From: the human T2T-CHM13v2.0 reference genome, Homo sapiens
NCBI RefSeq assembly: GCF_009914755.1
Contig: NC_060941.1
DNA length: 64,000 nucleotides
Strand: one strand, 5' to 3'
Each line of letters starts with the position of its first letter. Position 1 is the first letter of the stretch. Positions 46,761 to 64,000 of this stretch are shown one piece after another. The notes under the pieces are model-generated. The model saw only the letters and a list, made by a program, of their open reading frames with translations, made no database searches and had not been told where the DNA came from. The position numbers were made by a program, and so were the translations under genes.

Positions 46761-47849
46761 GAGTTAGATTGGCTCCCTTTACCTTTTCCTGTTGTCTTGC
46801 CCTCACCTCACATTATCTGGTCATCCCTTCCCCAGATGTTTTCTTTTACTGTTGTGTGGTCTTCCTTGGTAGCTAGCATTGTTGTTTGTTTGTTTGTTTG
46901 TTTTGTTTTTTCAAGTATGTTTTGTTTGTCATTAAGGAAGTTGTACTGCTGTCTTTCCACTTTTTTATAATAGGGCTTTGAACAGTTGCTGTGTTTTTTA
47001 CCATTATGATACTTATATTTGAATGAGTTGGAATTTGCAGGACTAGCTATTAGTAGACTTCTATAGAAAAGGAAGCTAGGCGGGTAGTTTTTTAGACTTT
47101 GCTCCTCAAGAACGTTTCCTTCTTTGCTCTGGTGTAGCCACAGCTTCTTAGCCTCTCTGAATCTAACTTGATTCTAGAGGGCTGATCTTTGCCTTCAAGC
47201 CCTGTCTTTCAAGGAAGCCCTGTCTTCCAAGGTGTTTGTTTTCTCTTTAGAAGGTGGTGCTTTTTGAGCTCTTTCATCTCCAGGGCCCCCTTGGTAGAAA
47301 GGGACTTGCTACCTTTTTTTTTTTTTTCCAGCCTTATTCATATGCTGCTCCTGTTTGATCTTGGTCTACTCTGGGAATGGGGCTGTCTTCTGAGAATGAA
47401 TATTTGTGGTCAGTCTCTAAGACCTACTACTACTGGTTTCCTCTGAACTCCTTGTGCCTGCCTACTGTATCACCAGAGCATCTCACCAGTTCTGTGGACT
47501 TTCTTTGACAGTAGTTTTGGAGAAGGTGAAATTACAGCTTTATAGGGACTTTTTCCCCCTTGTTTGTTTCCTCTATTTCATTTCTTAAATGAGCACTTGG
47601 AAGATTTGGAACCATGCTGCTGCCATGTTTCCCAATATTGACTTAATGACAGAGTTTTGATGACTGTGAGAGCAAAATCAAAAGAGTAAAATTTTTTTTG
47701 CCTTATAACTATTATGCCTAAATGAGTGATGTGAATTCTCAAGATCATTTCATTATTACAATTTGGTAGTCTTAAGATGTAGTTTATCTAGGAAAAGGAA
47801 AATATTTCTTTAGCCACTCTAACTCTTGGAAGAGTATGTGTGTAAACTC

Positions 47850-49624
47850 TTTTTTTTTTTTTTTTGAGACAGAGTTTCGCTCTTGTTGCCCAGGCTGCAG
47901 TGCATTGGCATGATCTTGGCTCACTGCAACCTCCGCCTCCCGGGTTCCAAGTAGCTGGGAATTACAGACGCCCACGACCACGCCCGACTAATTTTTTTTT
48001 GTAATTTTTGGTAGAGATGGGGTTTCACCGTATTGGCCAGGCTGGTCTCAAACTCCTGACCTCAGGTGATCCACCAGCCTCGGCCTCCCAAAGTGCTGGG
48101 ATTACAGGCGTGAGCCACCGCACCAGCCTGTATAAACTCTTTAGTTAATTTTATAAACGTCGTAGTCCCATCTTCCATCATGTGGCTATTTAGAATATAA
48201 ATTCAATATAAATTTGTATCATTTTGTTTGTTATCTTCTAGGCCAATTTTTTCTTTCTGCTTCATCTTTATAAAATTTTGTTTTCTTCTTTTTTTTCCAC
48301 CCGAAACAGGGTCTTGCTCTTTTGCCCAGGCATGGTGCAGTTGAGGCTCACTGCAGCCTCAACCTCCTGGGCTCTCAACCTCCTGGACTCAAGTGATCTT
48401 ACCACCTCAGCCTCCTGAGTAACAGGGACCACAGGAACACACCACCACACTGGCCAATATTTGTAATTTTTTTCCAGAGACAGGGTTTCTCTATGTTGCC
48501 CAAGCTGGTCTTGAACTGCTGGGCTCAAGTGATCCACTCGCCTGGCCTGGGTCTCCCAAAGTGTTGGGATTACAGGCATGAGCCACCATGCCCAGTCTAT
48601 GGTTTTGGTTTTTTTTTTTTTGTTTTTTTTTTTTTTTTCAGACAGTCTTGCTCTGTCGCCCAGCCTGGAGTGCAGTGGCACAATCTTGGCTCACTGCAAC
48701 TTCCGCCTCCCGGGTTCAAACAATTCTCCTGCTTCAGCCTCCTGAGTAGCTAGGATTACAGGTGCCTGTTACCTGGCTAATTTTTGTTGTATTTTTAGTA
48801 GAAATGTTGTTTCACCATGTTGGCCAGCCTGGTCTCGAACTCCTGGCCTTAAGTGATCCGCCCGCTGCAGCCTCCCAAAGTGCTGAGACTACAATTGTGA
48901 GCCACTGTTTCCAGCCCCAGCCTATAAAATTTTATCCTTATGCTTCTCAGACCATCTGTCCTCCCACATATGTATTTGTTTTCTATTTAACTTCAGATTC
49001 AGACTGAGTTTCCCATCTCTTTACCATTCTTATATTATTAAACAAGTTTTCCTGGATAAAACTGGTAGCTATTCATTGCCTGCCTGAAGCTTAGAAAGTG
49101 GCCATGTTTGGCTCTACAACTTATCCTAATTGTTTGGAATTTATAAGCCAGTCAATGCCACTTAGACTAGCTCTTTCCCAGTGATTGTGTCCTATGTAAG
49201 TGAAAAAAAAAGGAAAGTGAGAATTACCAGTAAATAATCCTCTGGACTTATCAGTCAGGTTATCAAGCCTGTAAAATAATTTATTATACTTCTCTTTACA
49301 GAGTAGAAATTGGTTTTCGTTTTTGTTTTTGTATTTTTAAAGACAGGGTGTCGCTCTGTCATCTAGGCTGGACTGCAGTGATGCAGTCACAATTCACTGC
49401 AACCTCTAATGCCTGGGATCAAGCAAGTGATTCTCCTACCTCAGCCTCCAGAGTAGCTAGGACTACAGGCGTGTGCCACCATGCCCAGCTAATTTGTTTT
49501 CTTTTATTACTTTTTTTTTGGTGGGGGGTGGGCAGTAAAGACACGGTCTCATTATATTAAGTGACCCTCCTGCCTCAGCCTCCCAAAGTGCTGGGATTAC
49601 AGGCGTGAACCACCACACCTGGCC
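47850..49624 (-). mobile_element. Antisense Alu cluster (47850-48128, 48290-48596, 48601-48915, 49320-49624)
   Basis: Four Alu copies, some with internal deletions. Confidence 0.85.
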
Positions 49625-49911
49625 TCAGGGTGGAAATTCTTAATTCTTCTTTCTCCCAAGAATTATCTAAGGAAAGATTTATTAAAAATGATATTCATCA
49701 AACCTGCCCTCTAGTGACGTTTTAAAGAGAAGGAACTTTCAGAGTTATAGCACTAGCAAAGCAGTTCTGCACTTAAGAATATTTTCTCCTTCCTCAAATT
49801 CATTTAATGGAAAACAGAAAATTATGATGTAACCAGTGTTATAGCAAATTGGCATTGAGCACCTTGATTCCTGCTATCCCTTTTATTTAATTGTATTAAA
49901 AATTTTGTTTC

Positions 49912-50196
49912 CTCACCTGTAATCCCAGCACTTTGGGAGGCCAAGGTGACCAAATTGCTTGAGCTCAGGAGTTCGAGACCAGCCTGGCCAACACGGTGAA
50001 ACCCCATCTCTACTAAAAATACAAAAATTAGCATGGCATGATGGTGCATGCCTCTAGTCCCAGCTACCTGGGGGACTCATGTGCGAGGATCACTTAAACC
50101 TGGAAGTTGAGGGCTGTGGTGAGCTGAGCTGAAATCATGCCACTTTGCTCCAGCCTGGGTGACAGAATGAGACCCTATCTCCAAAAAAAAAAAAAA
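49912..50196 (+). mobile_element. Alu, 5'-truncated
   Basis: Starts ctcacctgtaatcccagc; polyA to 50196. Confidence 0.85.
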
Positions 50197-50207
50197 GTTT
50201 CCTTTAA

Positions 50208-50779
<572 letters not shown>

Positions 50780-50794
50780 TAATATCTTGACAAT

Positions 50795-51151
<357 letters not shown>

Positions 51152-53687
51152 TAGTCATGGAATCGGATTTGAAATAAATCTTTGTGGACGAGAGTTTTAT
51201 GTTTTGTTGTTAAGAAAAACAAAAGTCATGCATGACATAGATATTCATTCTTTTACTCAACAAACACTTAGAAACTTTTTTCTTAACTTCTTATTTGTAA
51301 ACCTTTTTTCCTTAAGACTTTTATAGCAAAATTTGAATGTCATTAATATAAGAAGAGATTTATATGGAGGTTATCATTGAACATTGGACCACAGGTAGCT
51401 AGGCTGTTTGGATTTAAATGCCCCATTAGCACCTATCTATGATAAGTATAACAGCATCTTAGAAGAATTTTATGTGGTCTACAAGAGCCTCTTTATCTTG
51501 AAAATGTCGAATTTTTTAGAATGCTTGGGTGTCAGCTTAGAGTTTCATTCAGTTTTCACCTACCTCGAAGTTTCCTTTGAAATATAAACCTTCTGGGCTT
51601 CAGGCAACATGAAGGCAGAGCAGTAAGCTCATAAGTCAGAACTGTAGCAACCCTGGAGGTTGCTAGCGGTTATGGTTTTAATGTTCACAAGAACAGGAAG
51701 AAAGCCTTGGGCCACCCAGAAATGGGGAACTGTAATCGATCCCTGCATAAAGCAGAGACCCTGGAAGGGCAGCTCCCTCAAAGAAAGGAGAACTAGGAAA
51801 ATGTTTTCGCCATCTCCCAAAGATGATAGGAAATTTCTGAGCAGGGTTCTGGGTATAGCCCCTTGTGAGAAATTCAAGGCCCAATCAATGCCATAGATGA
51901 GTTATATATTCCAAATTTACACTACTTATGTAGGTGTAGTAACCTCCAAATCAATAAATTAATATAAAATTGGCCCAGGACTGGTGAAACCTAGAGTCCT
52001 GTCAGAAGCAAATACAAAGCAGCCCTTTAACAACAGTTTTAAATTTAGGGCCTTCAAGACCCCCAGCTGAAAAGAAAGTCTCTACTGAAAGTGAGCTCAC
52101 AATTTAACAGGAGAGAGAGAGAAAGATACACTGTGAAGGATAGTCAAAAGACATTGCAAAGAGGAGGACTGGTACTGTCCCCACCCCCACTAAGAGCTTA
52201 AGATAGAACAGTCTGAATGAGACTATGAAATATATTTAAAATGATGAAAGAAAAATGTCAGCTTTCCTCTTTCCAGTCAAGACAGGTGGGATCCCATTGT
52301 TTAATCTAGAAATACCTGTGTGAGATACTAGTATTGATGGTGAGACGTCAATAGTAAAATATCTTGGAGGTAAAACTAAACATTCTTCAGTCATTTAAAT
52401 ACCAGCACAGCAGGCCTGTTTGCCAGTTCACTAACTACCTTGTTGCCACAGTAGTTGACTGCCTTTTTTTCAGCAAAGGGAATAATGATTTAGAGGGTAG
52501 ACGAGTGAGTCACAATGTAACTTGGCTCAGACAAGAAGAATAAAGCAAGGATTACTATGCAGATGGAATTGGCTGTTACTATGATGACAGTAATGTGTTA
52601 AGGGGCTTTTCCAGCACAGGATCCTGAAGAAACTTAACCCAAATCTACATCTGTTCCCTTTTCATTGAAATCTAACCTCCCATTGGCCACAGAGCCTCAA
52701 GCCTAATATTTGAGGACAGTCAGCATGCACGCAAGAATGCTTTACCTCATAAGTAGGAAAGAGAATTTGGGTCACAGAAACCAGGGCAAATTTTCTGCTC
52801 TTAAAATGAAAAGAAAAAAAAGAAAAGAAACAGTAAACAAATTAATGAATGTCAGTTTACTTTCCTGTTGGCATTTCCATTTGACTAACTCCTGAACAGG
52901 AACCCTCACAAGAGAAGTTGAATCTTAGTCCAACCCTTTCCTCAAAAGTATTGATGTGATATTAGAACTAGCAAGTTTTAATTTTCATAAACCTGATATT
53001 ATAAGAAGCAAACTTTAAATTTTTCCATCTATAGTTAACTACTGATTTTTCAAGTTTCCCACATGGATTCTCTTCTTTTGGGGATGTCATAATTGTGGCT
53101 ATTTTCTCATTAATTGGCATTTCCCAATGGATATGATAAACAAAACTTGAAAAGAGAAAAACTTTTTCCCCCTGTGAGCAGCTCTACTTAGTGTATGCTG
53201 GTGAGAGTTGGAACTAATGTAATGGCTAGCTTAGGGATGTGTAGGGTACTTTAGATTTCAGCTTCCATTCTGCCCTTTTCCCCGTATGAACAAGAAGAAA
53301 ATCAAAACATCATTCCAACAAGGTTAAACTATATATACATCCAGATAAAGCCAGGTAAAGATTGATCTAGCTTTTAAATATATTTGTATAATGTTTAGAT
53401 TCAAGAGCTCATGTGGGAAAATTAGTATTTTTCTAGTACTACAGACCATAAAATTGGGAAAAAAAAATGTTGGGGATTGAGGAAATGAAATTTTGAATTC
53501 CATGTGGATTTTAGCTATTTTGGCTAATTTAATATCAATGTGTAGAACAATTAAATCAAGCCCAGCTGCCAGAACTGTAGTATAAAACTTATTATAAAAA
53601 CTTTTCATCAGAACACTCATTAAACTACTTATTGGCTTATAGACTATTTGAAACACTATTTAAAAATTTAAAAGATACCATTCATTC

Positions 53688-53984
<297 letters not shown>

Positions 53985-54604
53985 TATTCATTCTTAAAAT
54001 GTAAAATACATTATGCCTTAAATATGGGAATTAAATACCTAGTAGAGATTTGAACCTGGAAGAATTTTTCTACTATACTGACATCGACTGTAAAAGCTTT
54101 TGTGAATCAGCTTATAAACATTATACAAAGTAAAGTTAAGCTTGCTCCTACTGGGAGCCTTTCTTGAGTTTATTTATATCACGTAATTATATTCCTTAAA
54201 AAGAGAATTGATTCTCTCTGTTTAAATACAGCAGAAACCTTAATAAGTGTCTAAATGTGTTTCCTCTAAATGAGTTTTCTCTGACTCTTGATGTCCTTGT
54301 TTCTCATTTCGTGTGTTAGTTGTGCTTAGAAACATTTTCCCAGTGAACTTCTTCAAACTTGGACTGCTTTTTCAAGTCAGTGTCTGCAAGGAGACAGTGG
54401 AATTATGATTTAACGTGTTCATCTCCAGGGTAATGCTCATGGTCTTTATGTAGATGCTGCAGGGTTCCCACAGCTGCTTGGCCTCCTTTTTCCAGGGCCA
54501 TAAACTCTTTTGAGAACATTGATAGCATCATTCTTTCAAGTTTTCAGGATGATAAAAGCACAGTTTAAAGAGCCAACTAATTCTACAATTATTTAAGAAA
54601 AACT

Positions 54605-54918
54605 GGCCGGGCATGGTGGCTCACGCCTGTAATCCCAGCACTTTGGGAGGCTGAGGTGGGCGGATCACGAGGTCAGGAGATCGAGACCATCCTGGCTAAC
54701 ACGGTGAAACCCCGTCTCTACTAAAAATGCAAAAAAAATTAGTCAGGCATGGTGGCAGGTGCCTGTAGTCCCAGCTAATTGGGAGGCTGAGGCAGGAGAA
54801 TGGCGTGAGAATGGCGTGAACCCGGGAGGCGGAGCTTGCAGTGAGCTGAGATCGCGCCACTGCACTCCAGCCTGGGTGACAGAGCGAGACTCCGTCTCAA
54901 AAAGAAAAGAAAAGAAAA
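54605..54918 (+). mobile_element. AluY-like with 11-bp internal duplication gagaatggcgt
   Basis: AluY diagnostics; duplication at 54796-54817. Confidence 0.9.
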
Positions 54919-55037
54919 ACCCAGTCCTGAGACTTTTCTCCCTAACAAGACCTCCAATATCTCCTCCCACAAAGCCAATTTCGTTCACCTCTTTTGATAA
55001 TTACCTAAATAACATGCTCATATTGGGACTCCTGGAT

Positions 55038-55773
<736 letters not shown>

Positions 55774-56602
55774 AGTGTTTACATTATTATGACTGCATAT
55801 ATTCTTTGAAGCTGAGCCATATATTAAAGTGATTTTTCCTCAATAAAACTTTTTGTAGATAATTGGAGTTAATACCCATTTATGTTGGTGTTTTTAACTG
55901 TAATTCAATCCCAAATTCCATTGAGATCAGACCCTTCAAAGTATACTATTGGTTTCCCTTTCTTAAAGTCTCTTCTAGACTGATTTACTTGAATGCCTGG
56001 AACATAGCTGTCTTCCTGGGACCTCCTTTCATCTTAACCCTGGAGATTCATTCCCTTCATCAGCTCTCTCCTACTCAGGATCTCCTGTTATAGTGTCCTT
56101 TTCTTGGTTTACTCCCTCTTTTGATGAAACACATTTTCCAGTGGTTTCCTGAGAATAGGTATGTAGACTATTCCATAGGTTTGAGCCTTTACATGTTTTT
56201 AAATGTCTGTTTTAGTCTGTCTTCATACTAGGTTAGGAATCATTTTCCTCCTAATCAGAAGCCGTTCTGATTCTTGATACTTGCTTTAGCCCTGTTTTTT
56301 TCTCAGTGAAAGCTTGTACTTTGTCCCCAGTGTTTTAAATTTCAGTGATGTGCCTCATTGTGACTCTGTCTTTTCACCCATCATGCTGGGTACTCATTGG
56401 GTTCTTTAAAACCGGAAACTCATGTCCTTCAATTTTAGGAATTTGTCTTTAACTTCTTTGCTGCTGCTCTCCCCTTCATTTTCTCTATTTCTTATCAGAC
56501 GTCTTGCTATTTGGATGTTGATTCTCCTGGACTGACTCTGTTTTCCCCTCCTATTTTCCATCCCTTTTTCCTTTTGCTCTACTTTTTAAAACCTTGTTTA
56601 TG

Positions 56603-56908
<306 letters not shown>

Positions 56909-57096
56909 CACTTTTTTATGAAACATTTTTAACATTGCAGAAGTAAACAGAATAGTATAACGAGCCCCTGTGTACCCATCATCCAGCTTCAATAATTATC
57001 CATGGTTAATATCATTTATACCCCTTTCCATAACCCTACTCTATTGTTTGAAACAAATCCCAGACATTTATATCACTTAATCTGTAAGTATTTTAG

Positions 57097-57383
<287 letters not shown>

Positions 57384-57590
57384 TCAGTATGTGTCTTTAA
57401 AATAGGTCTCTTTTAAAAAATTTAACTACAATAACTATTCTCACAACTTAAAAAATTAGCAAGAATTCCTTAATATCACATATCGAATCAATGTTCAGAT
57501 TTTGTCATAATTTTTTTTGTTTTATTATTTGTGTTTGAATCAGTAAAGTGCACATATTATGGTGGGTTGATAGCTCTTAAGTCTCTTTAG

Positions 57591-57775
57591 CTACACTGTT
57601 TAATATGATAGCCACTAGCCACATGTGGCTATGTACATTGAAATTAAATCAAACAAATTCAGTTTCATCATTGCATCAGCCACATTTCAAGTACATGTGT
57701 GGCTAATGGTTACTAGATGGGACAGTGCAGAAGTAAAACATTTACATTACTTTAGAAAGTTCTGTTGGCAGTGCC
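57591..57775. mobile_element. MER3-like hAT MITE
   Basis: tagccactagccacatgtggctat...atcagccacatttcaagt...gaaagttctgttgg. Confidence 0.8.
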
Positions 57776-60700
57776 AATCTGTAGGCTCCTCTTCCATATT
57801 TCTTTTACCTTTGGTTTTCAGCAGTTTGGCTATTATGCATGTAGTTGTTTTTCTTGTATTTCTCTGGCTTGGAGCTCACTGAGCTTGGATCTGCAAGTTG
57901 ATAGTTTTCCCCAATTTTGGAAATGTTTTGTCATTCTTCAGATTTTTTTTCTGCCTCATTATGTCTCTTCTCTCCTTCTAGAACTCCAGTTACATATGTG
58001 TTAGACTACTGGATATCATCCCTCAGATCACTGAGGCTGCTTTTTTTAAATTTAATCTTTTTTTCTCTCCGTTCTTCAGACTGGATAATTCCTATTGATC
58101 TGTCTTCATGTACACTGCTTCTTTCTTCTATAGGCAACAACCTTCTGTTAAACTAATCCAGAGCATTTTCATTTCAGATATTGTACTTTTTAATTCTAGG
58201 ATTTCCATTTGATTTTTTGCTGAATTTTCCTCACTGGGCTGGCTCAATTCTTTCCAAAGTTATCTTTAAGTCTCTGTCTACGATAGAAAGGCTTTCTGCA
58301 AGCCTTGTGGGGAGCTAAATTGGGAAAGAGGGCTGGAGAGTCTTAGCATTCAGTATGCATTAATTCATTTAATTCACCACCCCTCAGCCATGTCTGGCTT
58401 TTACTTCTAAGTGCCATCTATTTTATCCTCTCTAAAAGAATCAATCTTCAGTTTTGTGCAGGGCCTAGAGACCTAAGAGCTGTCCAGCAGTATAGAATCG
58501 GGGTTGGTATCTAGAAATCCTATTGACATCTTAATCCTCTCGTTTTTAACACTCTCCTCCTCTCCCCACCATACAGTTCCAGAGGTGCTACCAGTCCTAA
58601 GCCTTTGAGAATTCTGTGGTGGTATTGCTAATCCATCTGTTTTCCAGGTACCAAGTTTTTGTTGCTGTTATATCTTTTTGTTAGTATCTCTATGAATTTA
58701 TACCTTGAAAATTTTTTATTTTCCCTTAGTTATGGCAGAACTTTTTCCAGGAGAAAGGAAACTTAAATGTGATTTTTCAGTCTACTGCCTCTGCCTAGAG
58801 GTCTGATAGCACCTTAACATTTTTTCTTTCCTTCCTGCGATACAACTTTATAATTAGGAACCTTAGAGGTGAACCTGTGGAGAAAGAATTGACCCTTTCC
58901 CATATATAGTTTTTGTTGTCCCTGTCTTTATTGCCTTTAAATCTCACATAAACATTGTCGAATAAGAGGCTGAATATTAATTAGAGAAAAGAAATAGACA
59001 CAATGTCTCTTTTTTTTTTCTTTGAATATCTTTCTAAAACAAGGCAATATTCATCAGTCTGTTCATGTAACCTTTGATTAGGGCAGAAAGTGCTGAAGAC
59101 ACTAGCTGCAAAGGACACGATCTTACAGTCCTGTTTATTCATGTCTTAAGATCATTGTCAGCCAAATTTTGCTGGTATATGGCTCTGAGGAAATTCTGTC
59201 CCTTGCTACTCCTACATGTAGTTCCAGCCTGTGAGACAGTCAGTTGCAGATGGTGCTTGTCCCTGATATTTCATGTCTTGCATATGTCCGTTCACACTCA
59301 GAAAGCCCACAGCTATAGCTATTGTACCAGAAAAACTGGTAGACGCTTCCAAGCGGAAGACCTTTTCAGCGCTCCCATCAAATGAAGCAAACCAGCTTGG
59401 CATTTGCTGACGTTTCTTGACTGTTGTGCAAGCCAAACCAGTCAGTGTTGAAGCCTTCTTTGGTCTTCCAAGATCCACAATTGAGGACTGCACACTCTGA
59501 TTGCATTTGTGGGACCACGATGCTCCTTGAATAGATAATGAGTCCTTGAAGTGGTGGATCTTTCGGAAACTATATAGCGATTCCCACGTCAGACAGTTGG
59601 ATCCAGCGTTGGATCTACTATCCAAATGATCCCTGTAGACCTAAAAATATTCCACCTAAAATATTCCATAAGCAGTATGTAGGTACTGGAGTCTTCATTA
59701 TGAAAGATTAAAACATTTTGCTGTCAAAAAATAAAATAGAAAATTACTTACTGTGATTGCTACTTCCAGTTTGACATATTCTTCATGTCCCATCAGGACT
59801 ATAAACATATTATTTAATCTCATCTGAGAAATTCAATATATTATGTATTAGATATTCCTTTTTTGCTAGATTGTCCTTAGTGAGAACACTCCTTTATCTT
59901 TTTTTATCAAGATAATCGAGAGTCTACTAAGCAGTATCTTTTGTCTTTCTGTAACCAGCACTCAACTACTGGTTTCTGGGATCTTTTAGCAGTATATCTA
60001 TTAATAATAACTGTCTTCTTTGAATGGCCACACATAAGCAATCGGCAAGAGTTCCATATTCTGATAAGCAAAGGTGTCTGATGGATCAGAAATCTGTCCT
60101 CAAAGTCAGGAGACAGTTAAACACCCAAACTTGGGTCACATTACCCAAGTAATAGAAATCTATGCTGATATCCTGAGAAAGGATAATGAATTTCACACAG
60201 TAGTTCTAAAATAGTAATAAAAGTGATTTGTGGGCTTTTATTTGTTAAATTCACAGGCATCTTTTTATCATGATTATAAGCTAGGAGTTAATGATGGATA
60301 ATGGCATTAGTTTTATGTTTCTAATTTAATAAATGATTAGAAATAGATTTAACCTTGTGGTCTTTAGATTTAGCTTGTAGTGCAGTAGAGGACTTTGAAT
60401 TCTGGACGTAAAATAGCTACCTCTTTCTCGTCCCAGCTGATAAAAACCTATATTATAGGTTGAAATTACAGAGAACTCACTCAGTTTTTTCCTCAGCTGG
60501 ATTGAATTTGAGAGCCATACCCTGCTCTCATTCATGTTTACTCTCTTATATTTTGCTATAGCATGATGTTTAATGAGATGGGGAAGAAAGTACATTATTC
60601 ATACTTTTTAATGAAGGGGTTATGCATAGGCTTTGTAGTATTAAGGCCCATACATATTTGAATAAAACTGCAGGAAAGCTTTGAGCCATGTGACCATGTA

Positions 60701-60959
60701 CACATAAGGAATGTAAAATCTCATAGTTGGAAGGGATGGTCTTTAATTTTGTCTGTTTCAAACCCTATCTGTTTTTGATGGAATTCCCTCTTTCTTGGCA
60801 GTGATGGGAAAATCAGTGTGTACATGAATACCACCAGTGATTTGCTACTCTAAATGACCCATTCTGTCTTCATAAAACCCTGTTACGGAGTTGTTTATTT
60901 GGCGTTTTTTTATGTTTGTTTTCTTTGGCGCGGGGCGGTGGGGGGAGGGGCGGTAAATT

Positions 60960-61243
60960 GGAGTCTCACTCTGTTGTTGCCCAGGCTGGAGTACAATGGT
61001 GTGATCTCAGCTCACTACAACCTCTGCCTCTCAGGTTCAAGTGATCCTCCTCCCTCAGCCTCCTAAGTAGCTGGGATTGCAGGTGCCTGCCACCACGCTC
61101 AGCTAATTTTTTGGATTTTTAGTAGAGATGAGGTTTTTTCACCATGTTGGCCAGGATGGTCTCAAACTCTTGACCTCAAGTAATCCGCCCACCTCGACCT
61201 CCCAGAGTGCTGGAATTACAGGCGTTAGCCACCACACCTAGTT
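60960..61243 (-). mobile_element. Alu with G-rich sequence in place of the tail
   Basis: Alu consensus preceded by gcggggcggtggggggaggggcgg. Confidence 0.85.
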
Positions 61244-62167
61244 GTTTATATGAAATAAAATGTCTTCCTTTAGGTTCTATCTGTAGATCCTAGTTCTACA
61301 TTTTGAGATTTTTATAAATTAAGTTTCTGAATCAAGGCACCCAGGGCCTGAAAGTCAATCAGGTGGGCCTGTAATGAAAACATACTCCGTCTGAATTTAT
61401 TTTCTTTTTTTTTTCTACTTAAGGAAAGCCTAAGTTTATGGAAAGGCATTTATATAATGTCAGTTTTATTGTTCTAATTTTAGAAGAAAATCCATTTAGA
61501 AGGAGGGACCCTGGTAAATGTAGTTGGAATCAGTTATAGTTTGGAGACTGAAGGAAAATATTATCTAATCACTTTTGAAAAGTGTGTGAATGAAAGATGA
61601 TCCTTGACTTGGTAGCAGTCTTCCTTTCCAGGAACCCCTGAAGGAGTTGAAGGGCAAGTACTCAGAACAGGAAAGCACAGAACTTCTCGATTCCATAGCT
61701 CCCACTGTGCTCCTGACAGTAATATGTATATGTATATGACCTTCTTCCCCAGTGGAACTACCCAGAGACAGCATCTGTGTTCAGTGGCCTGCCCATCTGT
61801 CCAGTCATCTTGACAGTCACGTGTCCTCCTTTTGTCCACGTAAGGTTGTACTGTCCACCAGGCAGAACATAGGCATAACAGTGAACTCATTTGATTTTTA
61901 TCTTGCAGCTAACTAATCTGAGGATGTATGCTTAATATCTAGAACCTAGATTTGATTCTAGATCAGTTTTACCCCTGGATTGAAAAATCAGTTATGTTCA
62001 TTGACACCAATTACTGCCTATTATTACTGAAGTTTGTTCTTTTATTGAATTTCTACTAGGTCTTCTATGACATATTAAATTAGAGTGGAATTTTAATCAC
62101 TTTAACTGATAGTTTTCTAGTCTTGCCTTCACGATTTTTTGATTCAATACAGTATGTATTAAATGCT

Positions 62168-62501
<334 letters not shown>

Positions 62502-62514
62502 TAACAGTAAACCC

Positions 62515-63862
<1,348 letters not shown>

Positions 63863-64000
63863 TTAAACTCAGGTAACCATGAGTATAACTGGCCAGTGCT
63901 ATAGCAAGAATTAAGCAACTTTCATCTGCCCACTCGGAAGAGCTTGCATTAACAGTTTCTAAGCAGAAAAGGCAAAATCCTACCAAAGGTCTCCAAGACC

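Noticed and set aside
51604-51958. Overlapping short ORFs, possible acceptor at 51603 and AATAAA at 51953 suggesting an alternative last exon
   Set aside because: Poor pyrimidine tract and no recognisable protein; consistent with chance.
59440-59530. GASWSHKCNQSVQSSIVDLGRPKK resembles a discoidin (F5/8C) motif; another frame has FPKD and CAVLNC resembling THAP
   Set aside because: Short matches only; the discoidin W and TQG residues are absent and the THAP motifs are in the wrong order. An HMM search would be needed.

Overview
Primate (human-like, Alu-dense) genomic DNA from inside the AP2B1 gene (AP-2 adaptor beta-2 subunit, + strand). Nine coding exons can be spliced in frame through canonical GT-AG sites: 4264-4379, 7518-7683, 9800-9898, 18453-18712, 25522-25714, the 42-nt alternative hinge exon 38779-38820, 39676-39822, 42098-42243 and 50617-50746. 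They cover the C-terminal trunk, the hinge with the LLNLD clathrin box, and the start of the appendage. Neither gene end is in the window. The introns hold about 50 Alus, old L1, MIR and MER fragments, a MADE1 MITE, a 25-nt tailless U6 retrocopy and a ~320-bp mitochondrial 16S NUMT that keeps SHLP1- and SHLP4-like frames on the transcribed strand. The least explained structures are all in the last intron. The first is a ~370-bp-arm inverted repeat (62834-63862) of unrecognised sequence, whose loop is built of nested palindromes and contains a perfect CAG|GTAAGT donor. The second is a CpG-rich antisense segment shaped like a terminal exon (59134-59642). The third is an in-frame 87-nt candidate cassette exon (61632-61718). 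Repeat boundaries and subfamily calls were made by eye and are approximate.
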